A program made the position numbers and the translations under genes. A DNA stretch of 64,000 bases from a virus (taxonomy: Duplodnaviria; Heunggongvirae; Uroviricota; Caudoviricetes), in IMG/VR virus record IMGVR_UViG_3300033068_001142, positions 112,262-176,261 of that record; one strand, written 5' to 3'. Shown piece by piece: positions 50,006 to 58,756 of the stretch; the first letter of the stretch is position 1; each line of letters starts with the position of its first letter. Under the pieces are notes generated by a model. The model was not told the origin of the DNA and ran no database searches. It saw nothing but the letters and a program-made list of their open reading frames with translations.

Positions 50006-50830
50006 TTATTTAGGTCTTCTCGATTTTGGTAACATCATTTTAGAGGCAGTAACTAGTCCGCCTAATGATGGTCCGTTACCTTGATGTTTTGCTGCTCTGA
50101 TTTTCTTCTTAAGTTTTCTAGATGGAGTTAGAGATTCTGAACCTACTTGAATACCTAAGATCTTACGATTGCCGTATTTTGAATGTCTCATACGAGTTTT
50201 CTTAGGGTTGATCGTAAGTTTGTATTGAGCAAAGATATGAGTTGCATAAGTAACTAATCTGTTAAGAGTATCATAAGATTGTTGGTGGATACTAATTTGG
50301 ATATCGTCGGCATAGCATGTAACTACAGCTTCTGGGTCGATGTACTTAACAAGAGTGGTTAGTTCTTTGATTGGTTTAACTAGGTAGATTGCAGAAAGGA
50401 TAGGACTAGTTGCAAAACCTTGAGCTAAGCAGTTAGTTTCTTTCTCAAAATAGATATCTAAAGGTTTGATGTCGCAAGATGCAATCATCTCGTTGCTGAT
50501 TGAATCGAAACAGTTGCTAATGTCTAGAGTTAGAGTGTGGTCTAGATTTTTGTGAAGATTTGCACAAGTAACGATGTTTCGACCTGGAATAAATCCGTGA
50601 AAGATTTCCGATTTTAGGTGTTCAGCTTCATATGAAATAAAATGTTCAACTAATTCAGGAAGGATTTTTCGTTGGGCTTTAAGTAAGTCTGCAGAAGGAG
50701 CACAGATTTTTCTAGTCTTACCGTTTTTCTTCTTGATGTAGAATGTTCGATAAGAGAGATCTAGGACTTTCTTAACTCGTTTAGGTTTAATTGTATCAGT
50801 TCCAGCCGTCGTCGTAGTCAACGAAATCAT
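50006..50830 (-). CDS. Retron-type reverse transcriptase
   Basis: KKKNGKTRKICAP, HGFIPGRNI, region X-like CANLH, LDISNCFDSI, QGFATSP, YADD, region Y-like ILG; probable start MISLT at 50830, overlapping the JAB gene end. Confidence 0.88.
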   Translation of the reverse strand: MISLTTTTAGTDTIKPKRVKKVLDLSYRTFYIKKKNGKTRKICAPSADLLKAQRKILPELVEHFISYEAEHLKSEIFHGFIPGRNIVTCANLHKNLDHTLTLDISNCFDSISNEMIASCDIKPLDIYFEKETNCLAQGFATSPILSAIYLVKPIKELTTLVKYIDPEAVVTCYADDIQISIHQQSYDTLNRLVTYATHIFAQYKLTINPKKTRMRHSKYGNRKILGIQVGSESLTPSRKLKKKIRAAKHQGNGPSLGGLVTASKMMLPKSRRPK

Positions 50831-52283
50831 ATATAGACCTTCCTGTATTATTTGGTATTGTTGTAACAATTCCAGGAGCATTGGTTAAAGATTCTTGTTC
50901 TTCATCATAGATATTAACATATAATTCTGTGATATACCCAATTAGTTCTTGTTTTGTTACGTCAGATTCAGTTTCACCAATAGATGCAGACATTTTACCA
51001 TAGTAGTAAGTATCTAATTCATCGTGGTGTGCAATAAGTGCTTCTCTTGTTAAAGCTTCAAGTTCTTCTTCTGTATAAGGAAGAATTTCACAAACTAAGA
51101 ATTTACCATTGTTTTTAACTTCTGTTTTCTTAGCTGGAGCTTTGTAATCATAAATTTCTTTTAGTTTTTCTTCCATCTCAGTTTTGTTAAGTTTAGCAAT
51201 GTCTTCATTTTTGAATGGGAGTTTATGAAAATTCATGTGTTTTTCATAATTAAACTTAAGAGTTTGTAATGGGTAGTCATAGTCAGCGATAGCTAATTTG
51301 TAAGGAGGCGTTTCAGCATTCGGCACCCAAGCACCATTAATCCATGAACCAGTGAACCCACCACCTGTGTACTTTGTAACGGTTGTTGTAATCCTGGTTT
51401 TCACATTCTCAGATCTAATTAATTGAATATTTGGATCTGGAAGTAAAGTTATTAATGAGTTAAGATTTTGAATCATAGCTTGTGGAACTAATGAACTGTC
51501 TTCTTTAATTTTAAGAGGAGTACCAGATGGAACTACTCCAAAAAATTGTTGTACTGATGATAAAACTGGAGGAGTGTAAGTATCATTTAGAGTGATAGCT
51601 AAACACCTACCCTTAGTATATGTCATGTCATTAGTTTCGTATGCGCCGTTAACTAATCTGTATTCGTAGTGAGCTACATTGCATTCTGTTCCGTCAACAG
51701 CTAAGATTCCAGAGAATGAAGGTTTGTCAACACCAGATTTTAATGGAAATACGATACCGTGATTAGTTGTATTAGCATCTAGGTCTGTTCCTGAGAATCT
51801 TTGAGAATAAGATGACCCTGGGTGTCTGTGTAGCGTTCCTACATCAACAGAGATTGGTTCGAATGGTACACCAAATAATGTTTCTAATTCTGTTTTGAAT
51901 GAAGTAGCTAAGATTTGATTAGTAATCATATTATGAAGAGGTGTTAATTTCTCCGATAATTCTGATACGTCTTTCATCTCGAAGTCTACATGAGCTGCAG
52001 ATACGAATTGTTCGTAATTGAAATAACAAGTTGGAACTGCTATGTCAAAGAATCCACCATCATCGAATGTGTGTCTGAAAACTAACATCCAGTAATGCAT
52101 TTGGAATTCGTTTGATTTAGCATTTGGTCCAGATTGTTCGTACATCTTCTGGATAGTACTGTGTTTTTGTAGGATGATACCATGATTTTTTAAATCAATT
52201 GGCAAGTGCGCTCTAGTTTGACCTGTAGAGGCAGGAGTAGTAAAGCCTACTGATCCGTAGATTGTTTTATATTCAGTTAGCAT
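50796..52283 (-). CDS. JAB/MPN-domain metallo-isopeptidase with C-terminal extension
   Basis: GTLHRHPGSSYSQRFSGTD fits the JAMM HxH-x7-9-S-x2-D motif; probable start MLTEY at 52283 (track start 52322). Confidence 0.7.
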   Translation of the reverse strand: MLTEYKTIYGSVGFTTPASTGQTRAHLPIDLKNHGIILQKHSTIQKMYEQSGPNAKSNEFQMHYWMLVFRHTFDDGGFFDIAVPTCYFNYEQFVSAAHVDFEMKDVSELSEKLTPLHNMITNQILATSFKTELETLFGVPFEPISVDVGTLHRHPGSSYSQRFSGTDLDANTTNHGIVFPLKSGVDKPSFSGILAVDGTECNVAHYEYRLVNGAYETNDMTYTKGRCLAITLNDTYTPPVLSSVQQFFGVVPSGTPLKIKEDSSLVPQAMIQNLNSLITLLPDPNIQLIRSENVKTRITTTVTKYTGGGFTGSWINGAWVPNAETPPYKLAIADYDYPLQTLKFNYEKHMNFHKLPFKNEDIAKLNKTEMEEKLKEIYDYKAPAKKTEVKNNGKFLVCEILPYTEEELEALTREALIAHHDELDTYYYGKMSASIGETESDVTKQELIGYITELYVNIYDEEQESLTNAPGIVTTIPNNTGRSIYDFVDYDDGWN

Positions 52284-53625
52284 TGTTTGCCTCTGATGGT
52301 GTTTTTTCTTTTTCTTTCCCATTTTGTTGTCCTTTAATTGTTTGGTATCTTGCTTCGATTTCCATTAGACTTAGTTTGAATGTTTCAGTCATGTATGTGA
52401 TATAGTCTGCAAAATTAGCGATTCTCTCAAGTTCTTCTGGAGTTGGAGTATCTTTCAGTGTTTTTGGTAATATACCGATTTTGTCATAGATTGTTGTACA
52501 TTTCTCAATAGATTCTTTAGCAAAGATTACTGAAAGATCTGAATGAGATGATGAATTGTATGCTGAAGCATAATTACAACAATGTAAAGATGAAATACCT
52601 TTTAGGGTACTTTGAGATTCTCGTCCAGTACATACTGAAGCGAATGTTAGACTTTTTTGTAAAGAGTCTGATTGAATATTGCATGAAGCTGATGGAGTTA
52701 AGAATGTTCCGTATAGTGAGTTTCTAGATTTCTTAAGTAAAGATACACCGTACTCAGGAGCGAATACTCCATTAACCATAATTTGGTGAGCTGACAATAA
52801 GTATGTATCACTCTTTGATGATCCTATATTGGTTTGATGTACATAATTTAATTTTAAGAATTCTTTCTCAGTGATTTCGTCTGCTTGTAGTACGTGATAA
52901 CTTAGGCCTTCAAATGAGTTCCTAGCATAACTTCTAGTTGTAGCTCTATCGCTAGGGGTAGCAATTGACTTATTTGTATAAAAGCCTTCAAGGTTGTTTG
53001 GAGCTTTAATTTCAACATCCTGATGATTTGAACATTTGATGATGTTGTTTAATAAAGTCTCACAGTATTCTTTGTCTCCCTTATCTGCGTCTGGTCTTTT
53101 GAAACCATCAGAGAATAAACTGTTAATGTTTGAGTAGAAGAACAATAGAACTGTGTATTTATCGTTGAATACTTCTTTGTTTTTCATATAACTAATAGGA
53201 GTCAGAATATGATAAGGATTGATAAGTTTATCACCTTTTCTTAGGACTGCACCATAGAAATGAAGTCCGGCTTTCTCCTTGAACTTGTTGATTTCAACGA
53301 TAGCTTCTTCGAATGAAAATGTACCATTAAGAGTTAGAATTTTCTTAATAACATTCTGGAAGATGTATCCGTAGTTTAGAGGTTTGAATTGTCTTCTGTT
53401 GTTCGTAAGCTCAGCAAAACTACTCATTTTTGGGTCAACTGGAACTAATGTTCCTAAAGTACTTGGATCAATAAAATACTTAGTTGGGTCTGATGAAGTA
53501 GCCGTCATAGATTGCATACATTTCTTCTGGAAGGCTTCTACTTCGTTTAGGTATAATTGACCTAAGATGTTTTGTTTAGGAGTAGTAGCTTGAATAGCTA
53601 GGTAATCTGGTATGTATGAATACAT
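52273..53625 (-). CDS. Unknown protein between E1 and JAB genes, possibly prokaryotic E2-like
   Basis: 450 aa; C-terminal ASVCTG resembles the xxCxG active site of prokaryotic E2 families; supported mainly by gene context. Confidence 0.35.
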   Translation of the reverse strand: MYSYIPDYLAIQATTPKQNILGQLYLNEVEAFQKKCMQSMTATSSDPTKYFIDPSTLGTLVPVDPKMSSFAELTNNRRQFKPLNYGYIFQNVIKKILTLNGTFSFEEAIVEINKFKEKAGLHFYGAVLRKGDKLINPYHILTPISYMKNKEVFNDKYTVLLFFYSNINSLFSDGFKRPDADKGDKEYCETLLNNIIKCSNHQDVEIKAPNNLEGFYTNKSIATPSDRATTRSYARNSFEGLSYHVLQADEITEKEFLKLNYVHQTNIGSSKSDTYLLSAHQIMVNGVFAPEYGVSLLKKSRNSLYGTFLTPSASCNIQSDSLQKSLTFASVCTGRESQSTLKGISSLHCCNYASAYNSSSHSDLSVIFAKESIEKCTTIYDKIGILPKTLKDTPTPEELERIANFADYITYMTETFKLSLMEIEARYQTIKGQQNGKEKEKTPSEANNAN

Positions 53626-53626
53626 G

Positions 53627-55150
53627 TTACTCTCCTACAACTAAAGCTTGCATTTCTCTACTAATGTTGAAGAAATATTTGGTTGCTTGTGTATTTTCTG
53701 GTGTGAATGTATAATCTGACCATAATAAGTCTTCTTGTCTATATGCTTTCTCAGATAAGATTTCTAAGAAACCAATAGCCATTCTAATCTGATTGATAAA
53801 GAATGAGTTAAGTTGGATTAGTCCGTAAGTTTCCACTTGTAATGAGTCATCAGCTTTAGGATTTATATATAATGATGCTGTGTTATTAGCATGAGTTGCG
53901 GAAATGAAGCTACCTAAAGAAGATAGGAAGTTTCTGTTACTGATTGATGGAGCACCATAAACGATCACATCAGATTTAGTCTGAGAATTTTCATCTAAAA
54001 GGATGTTTGGGATATCTGCATGTGACTCTAAGTATTGTTCTTTGTAAATGATATACTTAGATAGAGTACGAAGGTATCTGTCAACTAATGCGATTTTAGG
54101 AAGTTCAGCTGCGTTGATTGATTCGTATACTTTAGGTGAAATTGGGAATCTAAAGATGTTTGAGAAGTCTACGTTGTCTTTCTCATAAACATAGACTTCA
54201 TCGAAGATGTTTGTAATATCAAAAAATTTACAGATTTCGTTTAGCCAATAAATTGTATTTGTCCCTGTTCCACCAACACCAGCGAATATGATTTTAAGCT
54301 TAGCTTTCTTAACTGTTTTTAATAAAGTTTCAATATGAGTTAAATCAAAGTTAAGCACATCTTTCAATATAGAGTGAATTGGTATTTGGTCTATGTTTAA
54401 TAAAGATGCTGTAAATGGACTAATTGCTATGTATTTACTTGGGTTATAGGTTATTTCACTGCTATTAGAACTATTTGGAACATCATGGATAGCGAGAAAT
54501 GGAAGGAATGTGTCCAGAACTATTTTACCATAAGCTGAATTACCATCATTTATAGCGCTTGGTCTGTAGTATCTTGTATAGATTTGAGTTCTTAAATGAG
54601 TATTAAAATTGTAAGTTTCAACTGATGGGATTGAATAGAATTTATTATCTGAACCAAATTTGTTGAATACAGCCAAATCTGTACTGCTAATGTAGGATGC
54701 GTTAGCACTAGTTAGTGCTCTGAATACTATTTTAGGAAAACCTATTAGCTCGCTTTCTTGATCATTCTCAGCATAATACATTGGGTTAGCTATTTCTGCG
54801 TATGCTGATATATCAGTACTTCTAGTAGACCAAGAATCACTTCTGATAAGCTGAGGTAATAATTCTATCTTACCTGTAGCTTCTGAGAATATAGGATATA
54901 GTTTAACTCGTCCTGGAAGTTTTGATTCTTTCTCAAGTAGTGTTTGTAAGTCGAGATTAGAAACTACTTCGAAGAATCTTGAGTATAGGCTTTCTTTTTG
55001 AATATGAGCTGCTGTGTAGTCGATTTCGAAAATTAATGGCAATGAAAGTACTGATCCTGTATGTTGCATTGGTATTAATTCTGGTTTAAGTCTTAGAAGA
55101 GTTTTAGTGTTTGAGCTTAAAAGTTGTTTTATATCATATGTTATTGTCAT
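53627..55150 (-). CDS. ThiF/E1-like adenylating enzyme with unknown N-terminal domain
   Basis: IIFAGVGGTGTN (GxGGxG), YEKDNVDFSNIFRF (D-x-V-x2-SN-x2-R), APSISNR, NQIRMA. Confidence 0.75.
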   Translation of the reverse strand: MTITYDIKQLLSSNTKTLLRLKPELIPMQHTGSVLSLPLIFEIDYTAAHIQKESLYSRFFEVVSNLDLQTLLEKESKLPGRVKLYPIFSEATGKIELLPQLIRSDSWSTRSTDISAYAEIANPMYYAENDQESELIGFPKIVFRALTSANASYISSTDLAVFNKFGSDNKFYSIPSVETYNFNTHLRTQIYTRYYRPSAINDGNSAYGKIVLDTFLPFLAIHDVPNSSNSSEITYNPSKYIAISPFTASLLNIDQIPIHSILKDVLNFDLTHIETLLKTVKKAKLKIIFAGVGGTGTNTIYWLNEICKFFDITNIFDEVYVYEKDNVDFSNIFRFPISPKVYESINAAELPKIALVDRYLRTLSKYIIYKEQYLESHADIPNILLDENSQTKSDVIVYGAPSISNRNFLSSLGSFISATHANNTASLYINPKADDSLQVETYGLIQLNSFFINQIRMAIGFLEILSEKAYRQEDLLWSDYTFTPENTQATKYFFNISREMQALVVGE

Positions 55151-55246
55151 TGTGTTTTCCTTATTTAAATTACTAGGGCAAGAACCCTAGTGTTCAGGAT
55201 TAGAATCCTGAGTTGGTGGGAAGTTTAAGGTTTAAGTTAGGGAAGA

Positions 55247-55369
55247 TTACCATCTTCCAGACTTGCCCTTTGCTTGACTCACTGCACCATCAGCTACTCT
55301 AACAGTAGTTGTTGTGTCAGCTCCACCAGTTACTTCAGATATTAATGCGTTTACGTCGAAATCTGCCAT
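55247..55369 (-). CDS. 40-aa peptide, candidate modifier or substrate of the E1 enzyme (not in ORF track)
   Basis: Strong RBS AGGAG overlapping the upstream stop; MADFDVNALISEVTGGADTTTTVRVADGAVSQAKGKSGRW. Confidence 0.65.
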   Translation of the reverse strand: MADFDVNALISEVTGGADTTTTVRVADGAVSQAKGKSGRW

Positions 55370-55370
55370 G

Positions 55371-55721
55371 TTATTCTCCTTGAGTTTCTGTTTTAGTTTC
55401 TGCTTCAGCTTCACCGTCTAAACCACTAATTGGTAAAGCGATTGCTAATTCAGATTTGAATTTGTATAATTCAATTTTAGCTGTTGGTCTAACCATTAAG
55501 ATGCCGTGTACAGCTTTCTCAACTTCAGCTTTAGTTTTTGGTCTTTGTTGACTTACTCTGTCGTCTACTACTAAAACGAATTTAGGTGTAGTTTTTTGTT
55601 TTTTAGCTTTTTTGTCGCTGATTGCAGCGATTGCTTCTGCTAATGAAGATAAAATGTCATTTGATTGTGTCATTTTGATTTCCTTATTATTGAATTGATA
55701 TGTTAGATTCTCGAGAATCAA
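55371..55721 (-). CDS. Hypothetical protein
   Basis: Probable start MTQSND after an AAGGA RBS; phage-like codon usage. Confidence 0.55.
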   Translation of the reverse strand: MILENLTYQFNNKEIKMTQSNDILSSLAEAIAAISDKKAKKQKTTPKFVLVVDDRVSQQRPKTKAEVEKAVHGILMVRPTAKIELYKFKSELAIALPISGLDGEAEAETKTETQGE

Positions 55722-55750
55722 CTTAGTTTAATGACGATTTCGGTCCGTGA

Positions 55751-56284
55751 TTACATATGTTTTAAAAGAAGTTCGATAGAGGATTTAGGAGCTTTAGTTA
55801 AAATTTGTTGTAAAAATTTACGGATAACTGTTCCTGAATTTCCATCAAAGTTTGGGAAAATTGGAGTTAAATCTACTGAATTCTTAATTATTGATGAATG
55901 TTCCAAAAGTAAGTCTGAATAGAATTGTCCCTCTTTTAACCCGTACTTACCTGCTTCTGATGGTTTGTTATGTGTGAAAAGAGTGAAAGATTTACGATGG
56001 TCAAATCTCCAACTAGATAGAATAAAATCTAAGTTATCAATCCAAGCTATATTGTCCTGATGGTCCTTGATTGGTAAAACGATTGCGTTTGTAAATAATG
56101 ACTGAATGTAGTTTAGATTATCTCTAGCAAGTATTGGGTTCTTACGTTTATCAGAGCTAATTCCTACTATAATTACTGGAATGTATCCTTCAGAAATGAT
56201 ATGCTCAATAAGTTTGATATGTCCGATATGCATTGGTTGGAACCTTCCAATTATAACTCCATAGCCGTTTTTAGAATCTAGCAT
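55751..56284 (-). CDS. NMN adenylyltransferase (NadM-like)
   Basis: IIGRFQPMHIGH (HxGH), KRKNP, SGTVIR. Confidence 0.8.
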   Translation of the reverse strand: MLDSKNGYGVIIGRFQPMHIGHIKLIEHIISEGYIPVIIVGISSDKRKNPILARDNLNYIQSLFTNAIVLPIKDHQDNIAWIDNLDFILSSWRFDHRKSFTLFTHNKPSEAGKYGLKEGQFYSDLLLEHSSIIKNSVDLTPIFPNFDGNSGTVIRKFLQQILTKAPKSSIELLLKHM

Positions 56285-56320
56285 TTGTAAGCTCTAAGTC
56301 TGGGGGAAGTTGTTCAGTGA

Positions 56321-57430
56321 TCATTGTTCTGCCTTCAGTAAATAAATGTTGCTAATAGCTTTGAATGAGAATGGTCTATCTAGTTGTTTGTAAACACGCC
56401 CTTCTGAGATTGTTCCAGGATTCATCGATTGACCTTCAACATGAGTTAATAAATCAGATAGTTGAAGTTGGAATGGTTGGAAATTACCTAAGATTGGAAC
56501 ATGTTGGATTTTGTATTTAGAACAGAAAGCTTGTCTTTCTTTAGGTAGAAGGTATTTTTGTTCCTTAATGTCAAATACATCGAATACATAGTATTCAAGT
56601 GTAGTAACTTTCTCATGATTGGCTTGGATTTTAGGTCCGATTAATTCACCTTGAATTGCATAGCCTTCAGGGATTTTAGATTCTAAATCTAATTTGATAG
56701 CCATATTCCAGAAGTCTGATTGATCATATACTGAGATTTTACCACCGTTATTGAATGTTGTTGACTGATTAGCTGATGGTTTAAGTTCAAGATTTCTAGA
56801 GCATACACCGAAATGGTATGGTTTAACTTTGAATCCAAAGAATTGTTTGATCTTGTCAAAGAATGAAAGAGTTTTCTTGATTTTGTAACAAGTCATAGAT
56901 GACCCATCTAATTTAAGAGTTTCTTCGAATTCAGTATTTGGATCTAATGTTTGCCAAAGGTGAGTTAGATTTTGGATTCGTTCTTGGTCTGTTTTAGGAA
57001 TGAACGATGGAAATGAGCCACGAGGTTTACCAGCTTTAAGTCCTGGTCTTTGGTCAAAAGTTTGCGCTGCTACGTCGTACTTTATAACGTTTAACATATC
57101 AGAGTAGTCTTCTAACTGTAAGTTTGTAATCTCTGGGAACATTGATAACGGTAAGGCTAATCCTTGCGATAGTACACCTTTCATTTTCATTGTTTTGATT
57201 CTGTAACCTTCAGTACCTTCGAAAGTAGTTGTTTTCTTTAAGAAAGCAAATCTAGTGTCGGTAGCTGGGATGAAACTGTCTATCTCGAAGAATAAACAAT
57301 CATCTCCGATTTGGAATTCAGTTTTCTTTACGATTACAGTCCATCCTCCTATTACGGCAAGAGCAATGTTATCGCAGTCTTTAATTGGGACTAAGTTATC
57401 GATTTTTCTAATTGTTACGAGTTTTCTCAT
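56321..57430 (-). CDS. RNA ligase (DRB0094/Rnl2-like family)
   Basis: MRKLVTIRKI N-terminus, FFEIDS, KLDGSS (I), QGELIG (III), VFDV (IIIa), EGRVYK (IV), FKAISN (V). Confidence 0.88.
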   Translation of the reverse strand: MRKLVTIRKIDNLVPIKDCDNIALAVIGGWTVIVKKTEFQIGDDCLFFEIDSFIPATDTRFAFLKKTTTFEGTEGYRIKTMKMKGVLSQGLALPLSMFPEITNLQLEDYSDMLNVIKYDVAAQTFDQRPGLKAGKPRGSFPSFIPKTDQERIQNLTHLWQTLDPNTEFEETLKLDGSSMTCYKIKKTLSFFDKIKQFFGFKVKPYHFGVCSRNLELKPSANQSTTFNNGGKISVYDQSDFWNMAIKLDLESKIPEGYAIQGELIGPKIQANHEKVTTLEYYVFDVFDIKEQKYLLPKERQAFCSKYKIQHVPILGNFQPFQLQLSDLLTHVEGQSMNPGTISEGRVYKQLDRPFSFKAISNIYLLKAEQ

Positions 57431-57485
57431 TGTATTGTTTCCTTTTCTTTGTATTTTACCATTGGTTGGCAGAAAATGTTATTAA

Positions 57486-58142
57486 CTACAAGAAGATTTC
57501 CAAAAGGTTGGAAACCCTTAAATGTGATGGTAGTTCACCTATGAATGGCTCTAAGTTAGTTAATTTTTGTTCCAATTTTTTCCAAGGATTCCAGCATAAA
57601 TAGCAAGGATTTTCATTTTCAGTTGCTTTACATACTACTTTAATAAGTCCAAATACCGAACACCAACACCATTCACCTGGTTTAGGCTGCCATAGTTCTG
57701 CTTTTCCTAATGTAAGTTCCCATGCTGATAATTCTACTTCATGTTTTATTTGAAAAATACCTCTATGAGGTGTTCTAATCCAATCACCAACTTTAAATTT
57801 TGGTTTTTCTGGTTTGATTCTGTAATGTCTTGGCTCGTCTTTAAATTTAGGATCTTTTAAATCATTCCATGCTTCTGTCAAGTCTTTAAACTGAATAGTC
57901 TTACCTTCAGCTAATGCTTTTCTGAATTCAGCATACTCATCGTTGATAACTATCAGAACATAATCTGGACTTAAAGATTTTTCAATTATATAGCTAAAAT
58001 TATCAACACCACTGAAATCTACACATTCCTGGTCTGTCCACCATTTTGGATCATCATCTTTTTTGTGATAAGCTAATATCTTGCCTCCATTTAACCAATG
58101 GTCAAATTCTGTTTTATACTTAAGTATTAATTCTTTGTTCAT
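57486..58142 (-). CDS. Hypothetical phage protein
   Basis: 218 aa, Trp-rich; AAGGA RBS. Confidence 0.55.
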   Translation of the reverse strand: MNKELILKYKTEFDHWLNGGKILAYHKKDDDPKWWTDQECVDFSGVDNFSYIIEKSLSPDYVLIVINDEYAEFRKALAEGKTIQFKDLTEAWNDLKDPKFKDEPRHYRIKPEKPKFKVGDWIRTPHRGIFQIKHEVELSAWELTLGKAELWQPKPGEWCWCSVFGLIKVVCKATENENPCYLCWNPWKKLEQKLTNLEPFIGELPSHLRVSNLLEIFL

Positions 58143-58225
58143 TTTATTCCTTTAAATTAAGATAAGTAAGGGAATCCCTTACTTTGCTGTACCAACATTG
58201 ATGATTGGTTGATCTGTTGTTTTAG

Positions 58226-58572
58226 CTATTTCAATTCTCCTTCTTGTTTTCCAGATAATTGTGTTTGAATTTCGACAGGAAAGTGTGAGATTGGTAAAAC
58301 AAGGCCTTGACTAAGTACTTTTTTAAGTTTCATTGTTCTCAATCTATAACCTTGCATTCCTTCAAAAGTGGTAGTTTTTCTCAAAAATTCAAAGTGAGGT
58401 TCGATAGGTAAAAAACTATCAATTTCAAAGTACACAACTAGGTCATTTACTTTTACTTCATCTTTTTTGTTATACATTGCCATCCTAGTATTTGGCAGCA
58501 TTCGATGAAATCAGCATCTTTAATTGGATAGGTTGCTGCTACTTTTTGTATTGTTACTAATTTTCTTGACAT
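58226..58572 (-). pseudogene. Frameshifted, truncated second copy of the RNA ligase N-terminus
   Basis: MSRKLVTIQKV...GWQCITK, then an A6 run one base short of restoring frame, then KDEVKVNDLVVYFEIDSFLP...SQGLVLP; stops before the catalytic motifs. Confidence 0.7.
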
Positions 58573-58580
58573 GTGTATCC

Positions 58581-58748
58581 TTAAAAGATCATAGCGTACA
58601 AGCTATATAAAATAGCTGCAACGAGTGATCCGAATAAAATAATAGAAAGGTAAGCCCAAAGTTTAAAAGTCGTCTGAGCTACTTGTATTGATTCTGTAGC
58701 ACGGTCTACAAAGATACCGAGTATAAAGTTTATAATTGATTTAAGCAT
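58581..58748 (-). CDS. Small membrane protein (55 aa, not in ORF track)
   Basis: MLKSIINFILGIFVDRATESIQVAQTTFKLWAYLSIILFGSLVAAILYSLYAMIF. Confidence 0.45.
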   Translation of the reverse strand: MLKSIINFILGIFVDRATESIQVAQTTFKLWAYLSIILFGSLVAAILYSLYAMIF

Positions 58749-58756
58749 TGGGAACC

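Noticed and set aside
50006-50830. RT as part of a diversity-generating retroelement or group II intron
   Set aside because: It lacks the DGR GxxxSQ motif (has QGFATSP), I saw no TR/VR repeat pair, and there is no maturase/En domain or intron ends. Region X/Y-like motifs and msr-msd structures point to a retron.
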